Position numbers and translations under genes: made by a program | Shown: positions 20,890-30,166 of the stretch, one piece after another | Position numbering within the stretch: position 1 is the stretch's first letter | Layout: each line of letters starts with the position of its first letter | The notes under the pieces: model-generated | What the model was told of the DNA's origin: nothing | Database searches by the model: none | The model's input: only the letters and a program-made list of their open reading frames with translations | Origin: Candidatus Spongiisociaceae bacterium | Lineage (GTDB): Bacteria > Actinomycetota > Acidimicrobiia > Spongiisociales > Spongiisociaceae | Length of the DNA stretch: 64,000 nucleotides | Assembly (NCBI GenBank): GCA_965219685.1 | Contig: CBDCOH010000002.1 | Span: 1,536,001 to 1,600,000, forward strand | Direction: 5' to 3'

Positions 20890-21912
20890 CTAACCGACCC
20901 ACGAGCTACCAATCACCATGGACACGTCCACTCCGGCGGTCCACGGGGTGGTCTGGCCTCTCTCCAGGCGGTAGGAACCGGCCGCCCCGATCATGGCGCC
21001 GTTGTCCGTGCACATGATCGGACTCGGTAGGAACATGGCCACCCCGCGCCGGCGTGCCTCCTCCTCGAGCCGCCGGCGGAGGCGTCGATTGGCGAGCACA
21101 CCACCTCCGCCACCGACGATCTCCACTCCGTGGTCCTCGACCGCGTTCATGGTCTTCTGCACCAGCACGTCCACGATTGCTTCCTGGATGGACGCCGCCG
21201 CGTCCTCGGCGGGCGGAAGGGTGCCTGCGGCCTTGGCCTTCTCAAGCCGTGTGACAACCGATGTCTTGAGACCCGAGAAGGAGAAGTCGTACCTACGATG
21301 AGGCAGTGCCCGGGGGAAACGGATCGCCTCCGGGTCACCCGTCTCCGACAGCGCATCTATGGCCGGACCGCCGGGGAATCCCAGCCCCATGAACCGGGCT
21401 AGCTTGTCGAATGCTTCGCCTGCTGCGTCGTCGATGGTCTGGCCAAGCACGCGATACTCGCCCCAGCCCTCCATCAGCACCACCTGGCTGTGCCCGCCGG
21501 AGGCGAGCAGGACGACTGCGGGAGGTCCGAACTCCTCGAATTCCAGGCGCGGCGCGTACAGGTGGCCTTCCATATGGTCTACGCCTATGAACGGAAGGCC
21601 CCTGCTCCAGGCCATGGCCTTCGCGAACGAGTAACCGACCAGCAGGGCACCCACCAGTCCGGGCCCACGCGTCGCCGCGACGCCGTCGAGGTCGTCGGGG
21701 TGGACACCGGCCTCCCCGAGCGCCTGGTGGGTGAGGGAGCGGATGGCCTCGACGTGGGCGCGAGCTGCCACTTCGGGCACCACACCTCCGAACCGGGCAT
21801 GCATCTCCACCTGCGATGACAGGATGTTGGAGAGAACGGTTCGACCCTTCACGACCGCGATTGCGGTCTCGTCGCACGACGTCTCGAAGGCCAGGACGAG
21901 GGGTCCGCTCAC
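20890..21912 (-). CDS. tsaD: tRNA N6-adenosine threonylcarbamoyltransferase TsaD
   Basis: FETSCDET, GGVVPEVAARAH, HMEGH, SGGHS, DDAAGEAFDK, FSFSGLKT, CTDNGAMI. Confidence 0.97.
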   Translation of the reverse strand: MSGPLVLAFETSCDETAIAVVKGRTVLSNILSSQVEMHARFGGVVPEVAARAHVEAIRSLTHQALGEAGVHPDDLDGVAATRGPGLVGALLVGYSFAKAMAWSRGLPFIGVDHMEGHLYAPRLEFEEFGPPAVVLLASGGHSQVVLMEGWGEYRVLGQTIDDAAGEAFDKLARFMGLGFPGGPAIDALSETGDPEAIRFPRALPHRRYDFSFSGLKTSVVTRLEKAKAAGTLPPAEDAAASIQEAIVDVLVQKTMNAVEDHGVEIVGGGGGVLANRRLRRRLEEEARRRGVAMFLPSPIMCTDNGAMIGAAGSYRLERGQTTPWTAGVDVSMVIGSSWVG

Positions 21913-22403
21913 GGCAGAGCGTCCCTGATGCGGTGAAGCCGGGCCTGATAGTCGGCGCCCCCGATGTCGTGTGCCCACATGACCAGCGCGTCGTCGTCCT
22001 GGTAGTAGTGCTTCCGCACCCCGACGGGGGCCATCCCGAACTTGCGGTAGAACTCCTGGGCGCGGCGGTTGGAGCTTCTCACCTCGAGGGTCAGGTGCCC
22101 GGCTCCTGCCTCCAAGCCTCGGTCCACCAGCGCCAGCATGAGTCGGGTCCCCACCGCGGGAACCGGTGCAGGACGGACGCTGGCAAGGGTGTTGATGTGG
22201 GCGTCGTCAGCTACCACCATCACTCCGCCGTAGCCCACCACCCGGCTTCCGTGCAGGGCAACGAGGTAGGTACGTCCCGGAGCCCCCATCTCGTCCTCGA
22301 AGACCTTGCGTAACCAGGGGGTGGCGAAGGTGACCCGCTCGATCTCCATCACCTGGTCGAGATCGGCGGGGCCCATGTCCCTCACCACGGTGGTCGCGGT
22401 CAT
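21909..22403 (-). CDS. rimI: Ribosomal protein S18 alanine N-acetyltransferase
   Basis: IE...F.TPW, AHINTLA, LTLEVRSSN..AQ.FY.KFG....GVRKHYY...DA.VM; located between tsaB and tsaD. Confidence 0.9.
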   Translation of the reverse strand: MTATTVVRDMGPADLDQVMEIERVTFATPWLRKVFEDEMGAPGRTYLVALHGSRVVGYGGVMVVADDAHINTLASVRPAPVPAVGTRLMLALVDRGLEAGAGHLTLEVRSSNRRAQEFYRKFGMAPVGVRKHYYQDDDALVMWAHDIGGADYQARLHRIRDALP

Positions 22404-23104
22404 CCCCACAGCCCACCTTCCCTGAGGTGGACCGAACCCAGCGTCACATCGGGCTCTCGCATGTACAGAGGTCTAACGTCATCGGAATCGCCGAAGTCTC
22501 CCCGCTCCGCCCTTGCCACCACCACCTCGGCGAGCGCGTCGGCCGACGGGTAGCGGGGCATACCGGTCTTGACGCGATTGAGGCCCCGCAGAGCGGACGC
22601 GGGCAGCACCTCGAAGTCTCCGACCACCAGCACATCGTCCGGATCCGATTCGAGGATCCCCCGGATGTGCTGGTAGCCGACCAACTCGGGAGGCGAGTCC
22701 ATGACCGCCCCCCCGGGAACCGGCCGGTAACCGGCTACCGCCACCTCCCGGCGGCGAGCATCCACCACCGACCAGATGTGGCGACGGCCGGTGGCCGCGC
22801 GCAGGGCCAGCGCGTCCAGCGACGACGCCGCCATGATCGGAACGCCGAGCATCGCGGCCACACCCTGCCCGGTCGCGATTCCCACCCGGATGCCGGTGAA
22901 CAGTCCGGGCCCGGCGTCCACCACCACCACATCGAGTTGCTCAGGCCCCCAACCTGCCTGCTCGAAGCAGAAGTCGATGGCCGGAATCAGGAAACCGTCA
23001 TGACCCGTCCTGCCCAGCCGGCTGGCCGAAGCCGCCACCAGGCGTCCCTCGACCAGCGCGACCGATGAGGCGCCGGTGGCGGTCTCTATGGCGAGGATCC
23101 TCAT
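22400..23104 (-). CDS. tsaB: tRNA threonylcarbamoyladenosine biosynthesis protein TsaB
   Basis: ILAIETAT, GPGLFTGIRVG, DARRREV, PLYMREPD. Confidence 0.93.
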   Translation of the reverse strand: MRILAIETATGASSVALVEGRLVAASASRLGRTGHDGFLIPAIDFCFEQAGWGPEQLDVVVVDAGPGLFTGIRVGIATGQGVAAMLGVPIMAASSLDALALRAATGRRHIWSVVDARRREVAVAGYRPVPGGAVMDSPPELVGYQHIRGILESDPDDVLVVGDFEVLPASALRGLNRVKTGMPRYPSADALAEVVVARAERGDFGDSDDVRPLYMREPDVTLGSVHLREGGLWG

Positions 23105-23580
23105 GGCTCGCGCTCCAGGTGGACGGCCTTCACAAGCTCTTCGAGCGGGCGATCACACCACGGCCCGCGGGGTTTGAGACGTACCGTCCGCGAGCCTGAA
23201 CCCGCAGCGGAGATCTCCACCGTGAGGCACGTATCGGGCAGCAACGCCGCCACTGCATCACCCCACTCGACGATAAGCAACCCCGCCCGGGCCATGTCCA
23301 CCAAGTCGAGGTCCTCGAACTCCCCGGAGGTCCCGACCCGGTAGACGTCGGCATGGACGAGGGGCATGAAACCGTCCCCGTAGGTCCTCGCCAGGATGAA
23401 ACTCGGCGAGACGAGCACCTCGGTAACCCCGAGACCCTGGGCGATGCCGGACGCCAGGACTGTCTTCCCGGCTCCGAGCGGTCCCACGAGCAGGATGATG
23501 TCACCTTCATGAGCGAGCGCGGCGAGCGCCCTGCCCAGCCGCCGGGTGTCCGCGGCGGTGGGCGCCTCCAGTACGATCAT
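23101..23580 (-). CDS. tsaE: tRNA threonylcarbamoyladenosine biosynthesis ATPase TsaE
   Basis: GPLGAGKT, SPSFIL, HADVYR, IVEWG. Confidence 0.94.
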   Translation of the reverse strand: MIVLEAPTAADTRRLGRALAALAHEGDIILLVGPLGAGKTVLASGIAQGLGVTEVLVSPSFILARTYGDGFMPLVHADVYRVGTSGEFEDLDLVDMARAGLLIVEWGDAVAALLPDTCLTVEISAAGSGSRTVRLKPRGPWCDRPLEELVKAVHLEREP

Positions 23581-24233
23581 CCAAACAGGCCGAGTTGCTC
23601 GGGGGGTTCAGGTTCGGGCTCAGCCAGACCGCCCGGATCCCCATCCGGCTCGGGCCCGGCCAATCGATCGTCAGCAGTCCTTACCGCCAACTCCAGGTCG
23701 CCCCGTATCGTGTCTGCCATGGCGGGTCCGCTGCGCAGGGCGGCGGCCGGGTGGAATGTCGGGATCACCACCCGCCCCCACCATGGAAATACCGTCCCGC
23801 GTGTCCTGGTGATACCCGTGGAGGTCTTGAGCAGCAGCTTGGTGGCGAAGTTCCCCATCGTCATGACCACCGCCGGATCGACCATCCTGATCTGCTCCAC
23901 GAGGAAGTGCTTGCATGCCTCGATCTCGTCCGGACGAGGATCCCGGTTTCCGGGTGGCCGGCACTTGACGACGTTGGCGATGTACACGTCCCGGCGGTTG
24001 AGGCCCACCTCCCCCAGTAGCCGGTTGAGGAGCATCCCCGCCTTGCCCACGAAGGGCAGTCCCTCGCGATCCTCGTAGAAGCCGGGCCCCTCGCCGATGA
24101 ACATGATGTCGGCGTCGGGGGAGCCGTCCGCGAACACCGCCTGGGTACGGCCCTCGCTGAGCCGGCAAGCGGTACAGGCGGCAGCCTCGGAGGCCAACTC
24201 CGCTAGGCGCGCCTCGACTTCGACCCTGGTCAT
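23577..24233 (-). CDS. Family-4 (Fe-S) uracil-DNA glycosylase
   Basis: CTACRL, GEGPG..ED..G.PFVG, NVVKCRPPGNRDP, FHPAAALR. Confidence 0.93.
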   Translation of the reverse strand: MTRVEVEARLAELASEAAACTACRLSEGRTQAVFADGSPDADIMFIGEGPGFYEDREGLPFVGKAGMLLNRLLGEVGLNRRDVYIANVVKCRPPGNRDPRPDEIEACKHFLVEQIRMVDPAVVMTMGNFATKLLLKTSTGITRTRGTVFPWWGRVVIPTFHPAAALRSGPAMADTIRGDLELAVRTADDRLAGPEPDGDPGGLAEPEPEPPEQLGLFG

Positions 24234-25156
24234 AGAGGATCCTCCAGCTGATCGGGGTGCGGGGACCCGGCGGAACGCACCGCCGCCTCGATCGCCCGCG
24301 CGGTGGCCACGAACGCGGCCTCGCCGAGCGCGTCGTGGTCGGGTTCGGCAGAGCCGCAGGAGATGGCAAACACCGCGTCCCCATCATATCGGGTGTGAGC
24401 GGGTCGCACGCAGGCCGCCACCGCGTCCTGGGACCTCATGCACATCCTGATCAGGTCAACCCGCTCGACGCGCGCCTCGGTAGCCACCGCCACCAGGGTC
24501 GTGTTGGCGCCCGTGCCGATAGCGGAAGCAGGCGGGCCCGGACAGGGATCACCGCCGGTGAGGGCTCTTCCCTCGAGCGTGAACACGTCGCCCACCGCGT
24601 TAACGACCGCCAGCGCACCCACGCGGACCCCGCCCACCTCTGCCAGCGACGACCCCAAGCCGGACGGGCGCGCTGCCTGCGGGCCCCGCCACTGCGACGT
24701 GGTGGCGCCCCTTCCGGCTCCGATTCGCCCGGTCGGGACCGGATCGGCGGAGCGGATCCGGTACGCGTGGGCGCCTTCGTCAGCGCCGGGCCGGAAGCTG
24801 GAGGGCCGGTCGAGGTCGTATATCACCGCGGCGGGAACGATCGGTACCGGTCCGTTCCTGGTCGGGTGGCCCCGGCCCCCGGCCGCCAGCTCGCGCACCA
24901 CCCCGTCGACCGCAGCCAGCCCGAAAGCCGACCCGCCCGTGAACACCAGCGCCTGGATCTGCTGCACTCTCATCTCCGGTCGGAGCAGCGCGGTCTCCCT
25001 GCTCCCCGGCGCCGCCCCCCTTATCTCAGCGGTGGCCACATTGGGTTCCGGAAACACGAGCACCGTCAGCCCGGTGCCGTGACCATCGGAGGTCCAGTGG
25101 CCCACCTCCACTCCCTGAACCGCGGTGATGGTGTCGTTCATCGCCTCGGTGCTCAC
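24230..25156 (-). CDS. P1/S58 (DmpA-like) peptidase
   Basis: ITAVQGVEVGH, RGAAPGSRET, GGSAFGL, VPIVPAAVIYD, NAVGD, ANTTL, PAHTRYDGD. Confidence 0.9.
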   Translation of the reverse strand: MSTEAMNDTITAVQGVEVGHWTSDGHGTGLTVLVFPEPNVATAEIRGAAPGSRETALLRPEMRVQQIQALVFTGGSAFGLAAVDGVVRELAAGGRGHPTRNGPVPIVPAAVIYDLDRPSSFRPGADEGAHAYRIRSADPVPTGRIGAGRGATTSQWRGPQAARPSGLGSSLAEVGGVRVGALAVVNAVGDVFTLEGRALTGGDPCPGPPASAIGTGANTTLVAVATEARVERVDLIRMCMRSQDAVAACVRPAHTRYDGDAVFAISCGSAEPDHDALGEAAFVATARAIEAAVRSAGSPHPDQLEDPL

Positions 25157-25695
25157 GGGCGCTCCCTGCGGATGATCTCGTAGCGGAAGAGCGACTCGGC
25201 ATCCCCGGAGTCCTCCATCACCAGGTCCCCGTCCCGCGGCCCGCGAAGCTGGCCGGATACCTCGGCCGTGAGTGCGTGGCGATCTGTCCGGAACGGGTTC
25301 TCGTCGGGCCACCGGTTCTTGCCCGGTCCGGGGCACGGGTGGGGAGCTTCGTTGTAGGTCATGTTGGTCACGACGAACGCCATCTCCGGATGCTCGAGGA
25401 GGCGGTCGGGCAGCTTGCCCAGAGCCTGGCGCACATCCTCGAGGCTTATCTCCTTGCCGACCACCAACCATGGCACGTGGGTGAAGGTCGCGTGGAGGTT
25501 GCGCATCACCTCGACGAGGACCGTGGCGTCACCCATCCCGGCGTCGAACATGCGCAGAGCATCGGGACCCGGGTCCACGTGACTCGCCTCGCGGGCTATC
25601 CGGGCCGCCACCTCGGTCTTCTCCGTGGTGGTGGTGACGAACATCGTATAGGCGGCTCGGCTGTCGAAGAAGCGAGGCCGCGTTCTGTCCTCCAT
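25153..25695 (-). pseudogene. Probable internally deleted remnant of a conserved methyltransferase-fold hypothetical protein
   Basis: RFFD.R..Y..FV.T..EK, FDAGMGD.TVL, GKEISLEDVR and WPDENPF.TDRHAL motifs that I recall from a family about twice this length; the middle and C-terminus appear absent. Confidence 0.5.
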
Positions 25696-25777
25696 CCCGG
25701 AACCTCGGTTGCGCTAAGTGGTCTGTATGCGAGGCGCCATAAGCGCTGGCACCTAGCACGGTAATCTCTCGCGAAGC

Positions 25778-26938
25778 ATGTTCGAACCGACGGTGGCCCT
25801 CGACCCCCGCTTGTCCCGACCGACCTTCGCCGAGATCGACCTCGGTGTCCTCGCTTCCAATTACCGCGCCGTGGAGAAGGCGACACGCGGGGCAGGGATG
25901 CTCCCGGTCCTGAAGGCCAATGCTTACGGACACGGCCTCTTGCCGGTGGGCAGGCACCTCGAGTCCCTCGGCGCGGCAGGGCTGGCGGTGGCGTTCCTGG
26001 AGGAGGGAGCACTCCTGCGCGAGGCAGGGATCCGCTGCCCCATCCTGGTGATGGGCGGCATCGACGTGGACCAGATCCCCCACTTCCTCCGCTATGACCT
26101 GACTATCACCGCCTCCTCGGTCGAGAAGCTCCGGGAGGTGGATCGGACCGCCACGGCCATGGGCAGGACCGCCCGGATCCATCTCAAGGTGGACACCGGC
26201 ATGGGACGGATCGGGATGCGACCCGACACGGCGCCCGCGATGTTCCAAGCTGGGCTGGACGCCGCCAGCGTGGTGGTCGAGGGGGTCTACAGCCACTTCG
26301 CCACCGCCGACCGGGCTGACCCGACCCAGACCCGGGAGCAGCTGAAGCGATTCCGCCGGGCGCTGGCCTTCTACGTCGACCGCGGACTACCGACGCCCAA
26401 GCTGCACCTGGCCAACTCCGGGGCGATCCTCCAGCATCCCGACTCGCACCTCGACCTGGTCAGACCGGGCATCCTGCTGTTCGGCATCTACCCGTCGGAC
26501 GAAGTCTCCCGGACTGTCGACGTGACACCGGTGCTGGCCTGGAAATCGCGCGTCGTGTTCTTCAAGGTGCAACCGGCCGGTATGCCCGTCGGGTACGGAG
26601 CGGAGTGGCGCCCGGACCGGAGCACGCGGGTGGTGACGGTCCCGGTCGGCTACGGCGACGGCTACTTCCATGGGCTCTCCGACCACGGCCGGGTGCTGGT
26701 AGGAGGGCGACGACGGCCGATCGTCGGTGGAGTGTGCATGGACCAGTTCATGGTCGACATCGGACGCGAGGGCGAGGCCTACAACGGTGACGAGGTCGTC
26801 CTGATCGGGCGCCAGGGCGACGAGTCGATCACCGCGACCGACCTGGCCAGGTGGGCCAGCACCATCCCCTACGAGGTCCTCACCAACATCAACACGCGGG
26901 TGGACCGCCGCTACCTGGAAGCAGGGGTCACCTCGTAG
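25778..26938 (+). CDS. alr: Alanine racemase
   Basis: VLKANAYGHG, HLKVDTGMGRIG, SHFATAD, HLANSG, VRPGI, GYGDG, CMDQ, TIPYEVL. Confidence 0.96.
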   Translation: MFEPTVALDPRLSRPTFAEIDLGVLASNYRAVEKATRGAGMLPVLKANAYGHGLLPVGRHLESLGAAGLAVAFLEEGALLREAGIRCPILVMGGIDVDQIPHFLRYDLTITASSVEKLREVDRTATAMGRTARIHLKVDTGMGRIGMRPDTAPAMFQAGLDAASVVVEGVYSHFATADRADPTQTREQLKRFRRALAFYVDRGLPTPKLHLANSGAILQHPDSHLDLVRPGILLFGIYPSDEVSRTVDVTPVLAWKSRVVFFKVQPAGMPVGYGAEWRPDRSTRVVTVPVGYGDGYFHGLSDHGRVLVGGRRRPIVGGVCMDQFMVDIGREGEAYNGDEVVLIGRQGDESITATDLARWASTIPYEVLTNINTRVDRRYLEAGVTS

Positions 26939-27867
26939 CCGGGCTCCTCCGGTTCGTCGTCCACGATTTCGGCGGGGAAGCCGGGCGCCCGGAGGTCGAC
27001 GCCGCAGGCGTCTTCGAGGAGCTTCACTATGCCCGAGGACCAGGCCCGGGATCCGTACACTTGCTCTCCCCTCCGGAAGACGTCGAGGACGAGCGGGGAA
27101 AGCTCCAGCGGGATCCCGTGAACGTCCGCCAGTTGCTGGAAGAGCGACATGTCCTTCACCACCAGATCCATGGTGAAGTTGATGTTGTAGCTCCCGTTGA
27201 GGATCACCTGGGACTCGGTCTCGTGCACGAACGAGTTACCCGAACTGATCCGGATGGCCTCGTAGGTGGTGGAGAGGTCCATCCCGGCCCGCCGGGCGGT
27301 CATCAAGGCCTCCCCCAGCGCCACCAGATGGACCGAGGCGAGATAGTTGGTCACCACCTTCAGTACCGAAGCCGCCCCGAGCGGACCGACATGCAGGATC
27401 CGCCGGCCCATGGTGGTCAGCACCGGCAGGGCCCGCTCGAAATCGTCGCGCTCCCCGCCCACGAAGATGGAGATGTTGCCGGTGGCCGCCCGATGGCAGC
27501 CTCCCGACACCGGTCCGTCCAGAGGGCGTGCCCCGGCCGCAACCACAAGATCGCCGAGACGCCGGACCTCGGCCTCGTCTGTGGTGCTCATCTCCAGCCA
27601 GATCTTGCCGGGCCCGAGGCCGGCCAATACACCGTCCCCGCCCTCCATCACCGAGCGGACCGCAGCCGGCGACGGCAGGCAGGTGATGATCAGATCGCTG
27701 TGCCGGGCAAGGTCGCGGCTCGTGTCTGCCCAGCCGGCTCCCGCCTCGATGAACGGTCGGGCCGCGGCCGCGTCCAGGTCCCTTACCACCATTTCGAAGT
27801 CGTTGCGAAGAAGGCTCCCGGCCAACTTGCTGCCCGCATTGCCGAGCCCGATAAACCCGACCCTCAC
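26911..27867 (-). CDS. 3-hydroxyisobutyrate dehydrogenase-family NAD(P)-dependent oxidoreductase
   Basis: GFIGLGNAG, CLPSP, EMST, DGPVSGG, KVVTN, SSGNSFVHETESQ. Confidence 0.9.
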   Translation of the reverse strand: MRVGFIGLGNAGSKLAGSLLRNDFEMVVRDLDAAAARPFIEAGAGWADTSRDLARHSDLIITCLPSPAAVRSVMEGGDGVLAGLGPGKIWLEMSTTDEAEVRRLGDLVVAAGARPLDGPVSGGCHRAATGNISIFVGGERDDFERALPVLTTMGRRILHVGPLGAASVLKVVTNYLASVHLVALGEALMTARRAGMDLSTTYEAIRISSGNSFVHETESQVILNGSYNINFTMDLVVKDMSLFQQLADVHGIPLELSPLVLDVFRRGEQVYGSRAWSSGIVKLLEDACGVDLRAPGFPAEIVDDEPEEPGYEVTPASR

Positions 27868-27958
27868 AGATCAGACCTCCCTCTCGTCGGGCAGTAGTGA
27901 CGAACGACAACTGCGATCCGACCGTTGCACGTCTCATCCATGGAGCGGTCGGCAGTTC

Positions 27959-28093
27959 CTACCGACTACCGACTACCGACTACCGACTACCGACTACCGA
28001 CTACCGACTACCGACTACCGACTACCGACTACCGACTACCGACTACCGACTACCGACTACCGACTACCGACTACCGACTACCGACTACCGACT
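27959..28093. repeat. Perfect tandem heptamer array (CTACCGA)x19
   Basis: 133 bp of exact repeats (27959-28091), reading TAGTCGG on the minus strand directly after the SDR TAG stop. Confidence 0.98.
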
Positions 28094-28837
28094 CTAGATC
28101 GCCGTGTAGCCGCCGTCCACGAAGTAGGCGGCTCCGGTGGTGAACGAGGACTCGTCGCTCGCAAGGTGGAGAACCGCTCTGGCGATCTCCTCCGGCCGGC
28201 CCAGGCGGCCCATCAGGTGCATGCCCTCCAACCTCGTCCGGCGTTCCTCGGTCAGCGGGCTCAGCAGCGGCGTGTCGATCGCTCCGGGGCAGACAGCATT
28301 GACCCGGATACCTGCCGGAGCGTGGTCGAACGCCATGCAGCGCACCAGACCGATGACGCCGTGCTTGGAGGTGTTGTAGGCCACCTGACCCTTCTCGCCC
28401 GTCACCCCGGCCACCGAGGCGACGCACACGATCGATCCACCGCCTCCGCGTTCCATGTGGGGAACCGCGTGCCTCGAGGCGAGGAAGATCGACTTGAGGT
28501 TCACCGCCATGACCCGGTCCCAGAAGTCTTCGCTTACCTCCGTTACCGTCCCCTTGCCCGCGATCCCGGCGTTGTTGACCAGGATGTCCAGGCCACCGTA
28601 GGTGTCCAGCGCGGTATCGACCATCCGCCGGCAGTCGGCGTCGGACGTGACATCGGTCCGGGCGAACACGGCCTCCCCCCCGGCTTCCCTTATCTCAGCC
28701 ACCACCCCGTCGACGGGGCCACTCCTCACGTCGGCGAGGACCAGTCCGGCCCCCTCCTCGGCGAATAGGCGAGCTACGGCCGCCCCGATCCCCTGGCCTG
28801 CGCCGGTGACGATTGCCGTTCTGTCCTTCAATCTCAT
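28094..28837 (-). CDS. Short-chain dehydrogenase/reductase
   Basis: TGAGQGIG, LVNNAGI, YNTSK, RVNAVCPG, VDGG. Confidence 0.95.
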   Translation of the reverse strand: MRLKDRTAIVTGAGQGIGAAVARLFAEEGAGLVLADVRSGPVDGVVAEIREAGGEAVFARTDVTSDADCRRMVDTALDTYGGLDILVNNAGIAGKGTVTEVSEDFWDRVMAVNLKSIFLASRHAVPHMERGGGGSIVCVASVAGVTGEKGQVAYNTSKHGVIGLVRCMAFDHAPAGIRVNAVCPGAIDTPLLSPLTEERRTRLEGMHLMGRLGRPEEIARAVLHLASDESSFTTGAAYFVDGGYTAI

Positions 28838-28847
28838 GCTCGGCCCG

Positions 28848-28964
28848 TCACCTTATCTGCCTGACGCGACCTTCGGTGCCCCATTCACGATCAACTTGCA
28901 GTGTCTCGGCGTCCAGACCTTCTCTGAGAGCCGGGATCCCCGGAGCATCCGGTACCGTCGTCAC
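28848..28964 (-). pseudogene. Internally deleted VapC (PIN) toxin remnant
   Basis: 38-codon frame MTTVPDAPGIPALREGLDAETLQVDREWGTEGRVRQIR overlapping the antitoxin stop (GTGA); resembles the start (xVLDASA) and end (DRAW...IR) of VapC. Confidence 0.55.
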
Positions 28965-29206
28965 CCGGCATCCTCGATGGCAGCTTCCCGCTTCCACTCG
29001 ATCAGAATCTCCTCAACAAGGTCGCCGCCCTCGAGTCCAGTCTGGATCCGAGCGAGCAGAGCCTCGCGTCTCGTAAGCACCAGGCCCCACCGTAACTCCA
29101 TGAAGATCAGGGATGAACACTCCTCGAATCCATGGCGGACCCGGAGTTCGGTCGGCACCAGAACCCTACCCCGGTCTCCCGTCACGGCTGTGTAAATCCC
29201 ACTCAT
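28961..29206 (-). CDS. AbrB/MazE/SpoVT-family antitoxin
   Basis: GDRGRV.VP.ELR.R.G...LIF......GLVL...LVEE....KREA. Confidence 0.75.
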   Translation of the reverse strand: MSGIYTAVTGDRGRVLVPTELRVRHGFEECSSLIFMELRWGLVLTRREALLARIQTGLEGGDLVEEILIEWKREAAIEDAG

Positions 29207-29290
29207 GAACCCAAGGTAGTAGGCCATCACCGGGGTAGGTACAAGAGAACCGGGTGCTCGGCAATCCGGACTGATCACACCGGCTGCCGC

Positions 29291-30106
29291 TCAGCCGGCC
29301 AGGAAGTCGAGGATCACCTCGATGGACCGTTCTGCCTCCTCGACGTAGTGGGCGTGACCGCTGTGCTCGAAGACCTCCATCCGCCCGTTGGGAAGGTTCT
29401 CGGCCACGTACCGGGCACCGGCGCCGCCGGGACCCGCGTCGATCGGAGTGAGTATGTCGTGGAGGCCGACCATCACCAGCGCCGGTGCCGTGACCAGGGG
29501 CAGGACACCCCGGACATCGGTGTCGATCATCGCCTGGCAGGCGTCGATGAAGACGCTCAACTCCGTGTTGCGAGCCAGCACGTCCTTCGTGGCTATGAGA
29601 ATCTCATCGCCCATCTCGTCGAGGAACGGCCTGGCGAATGCCTTTGTAAGCAGTTCACGGGCCAGTTCCTCGGAAGCGACCCCGTAGGCCGAGGCCACGT
29701 CCTGCCAGATCCGGAACATGTGGACGCCCATCGCATCGCACTTGGCCACCGCGCCCGCCCCCATCAGCAGCTTGTCCACCTTCTGCGGGTAACGGGCCGC
29801 GAAGTCGAGCGCGATGAAGCTTCCCATCGAGCCACCGTGGATGTGGGCCTTCTCCACTTCGAGAAGTTCCATCAGAGCGGCCAGGTCGGCGCTCCACACC
29901 TCCAGCGTGTAGCGCTGGTCGGGACGGCTGCTCAGCCCGTATCCCCGGTGGTCGTAGTCGAGCACGCGGTAGTGCCGGGACAGACCCGGGGTGATGGTCT
30001 CGTAGCCCTCATGGGCGCTGACCGCACCGCCGATCTGCACCACCGTCTCGCCCTCACCCGAGAACCGGTACCAGATGTCCACTCCGTTGACCTCGACCGT
30101 CGGCAT
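29291..30106 (-). CDS. Alpha/beta hydrolase
   Basis: YDHRGYGLS, nucleophile elbow GGSMG, GLHDILTP, SGHAHY. Confidence 0.9.
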   Translation of the reverse strand: MPTVEVNGVDIWYRFSGEGETVVQIGGAVSAHEGYETITPGLSRHYRVLDYDHRGYGLSSRPDQRYTLEVWSADLAALMELLEVEKAHIHGGSMGSFIALDFAARYPQKVDKLLMGAGAVAKCDAMGVHMFRIWQDVASAYGVASEELARELLTKAFARPFLDEMGDEILIATKDVLARNTELSVFIDACQAMIDTDVRGVLPLVTAPALVMVGLHDILTPIDAGPGGAGARYVAENLPNGRMEVFEHSGHAHYVEEAERSIEVILDFLAG

Positions 30107-30166
30107 CGTTGCCTCCCTCCGCTCAGGCCATGCAACCTAGCGCCGGGACGGGGCCGCCGGTGCGGA

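Noticed and set aside
27959-28093. Possible CRISPR array (also considered at 62195 and 20796)
   Set aside because: Contiguous 7-bp units with no unique spacers and no cas genes in the window.
27347-28768. ORFs encoding (LPTTDYR)n repeats (27347-28768, 27897-28097, 27925-28143)
   Set aside because: Translation artefacts of the stop-free strand of the CTACCGA array; they overlap real minus-strand genes.
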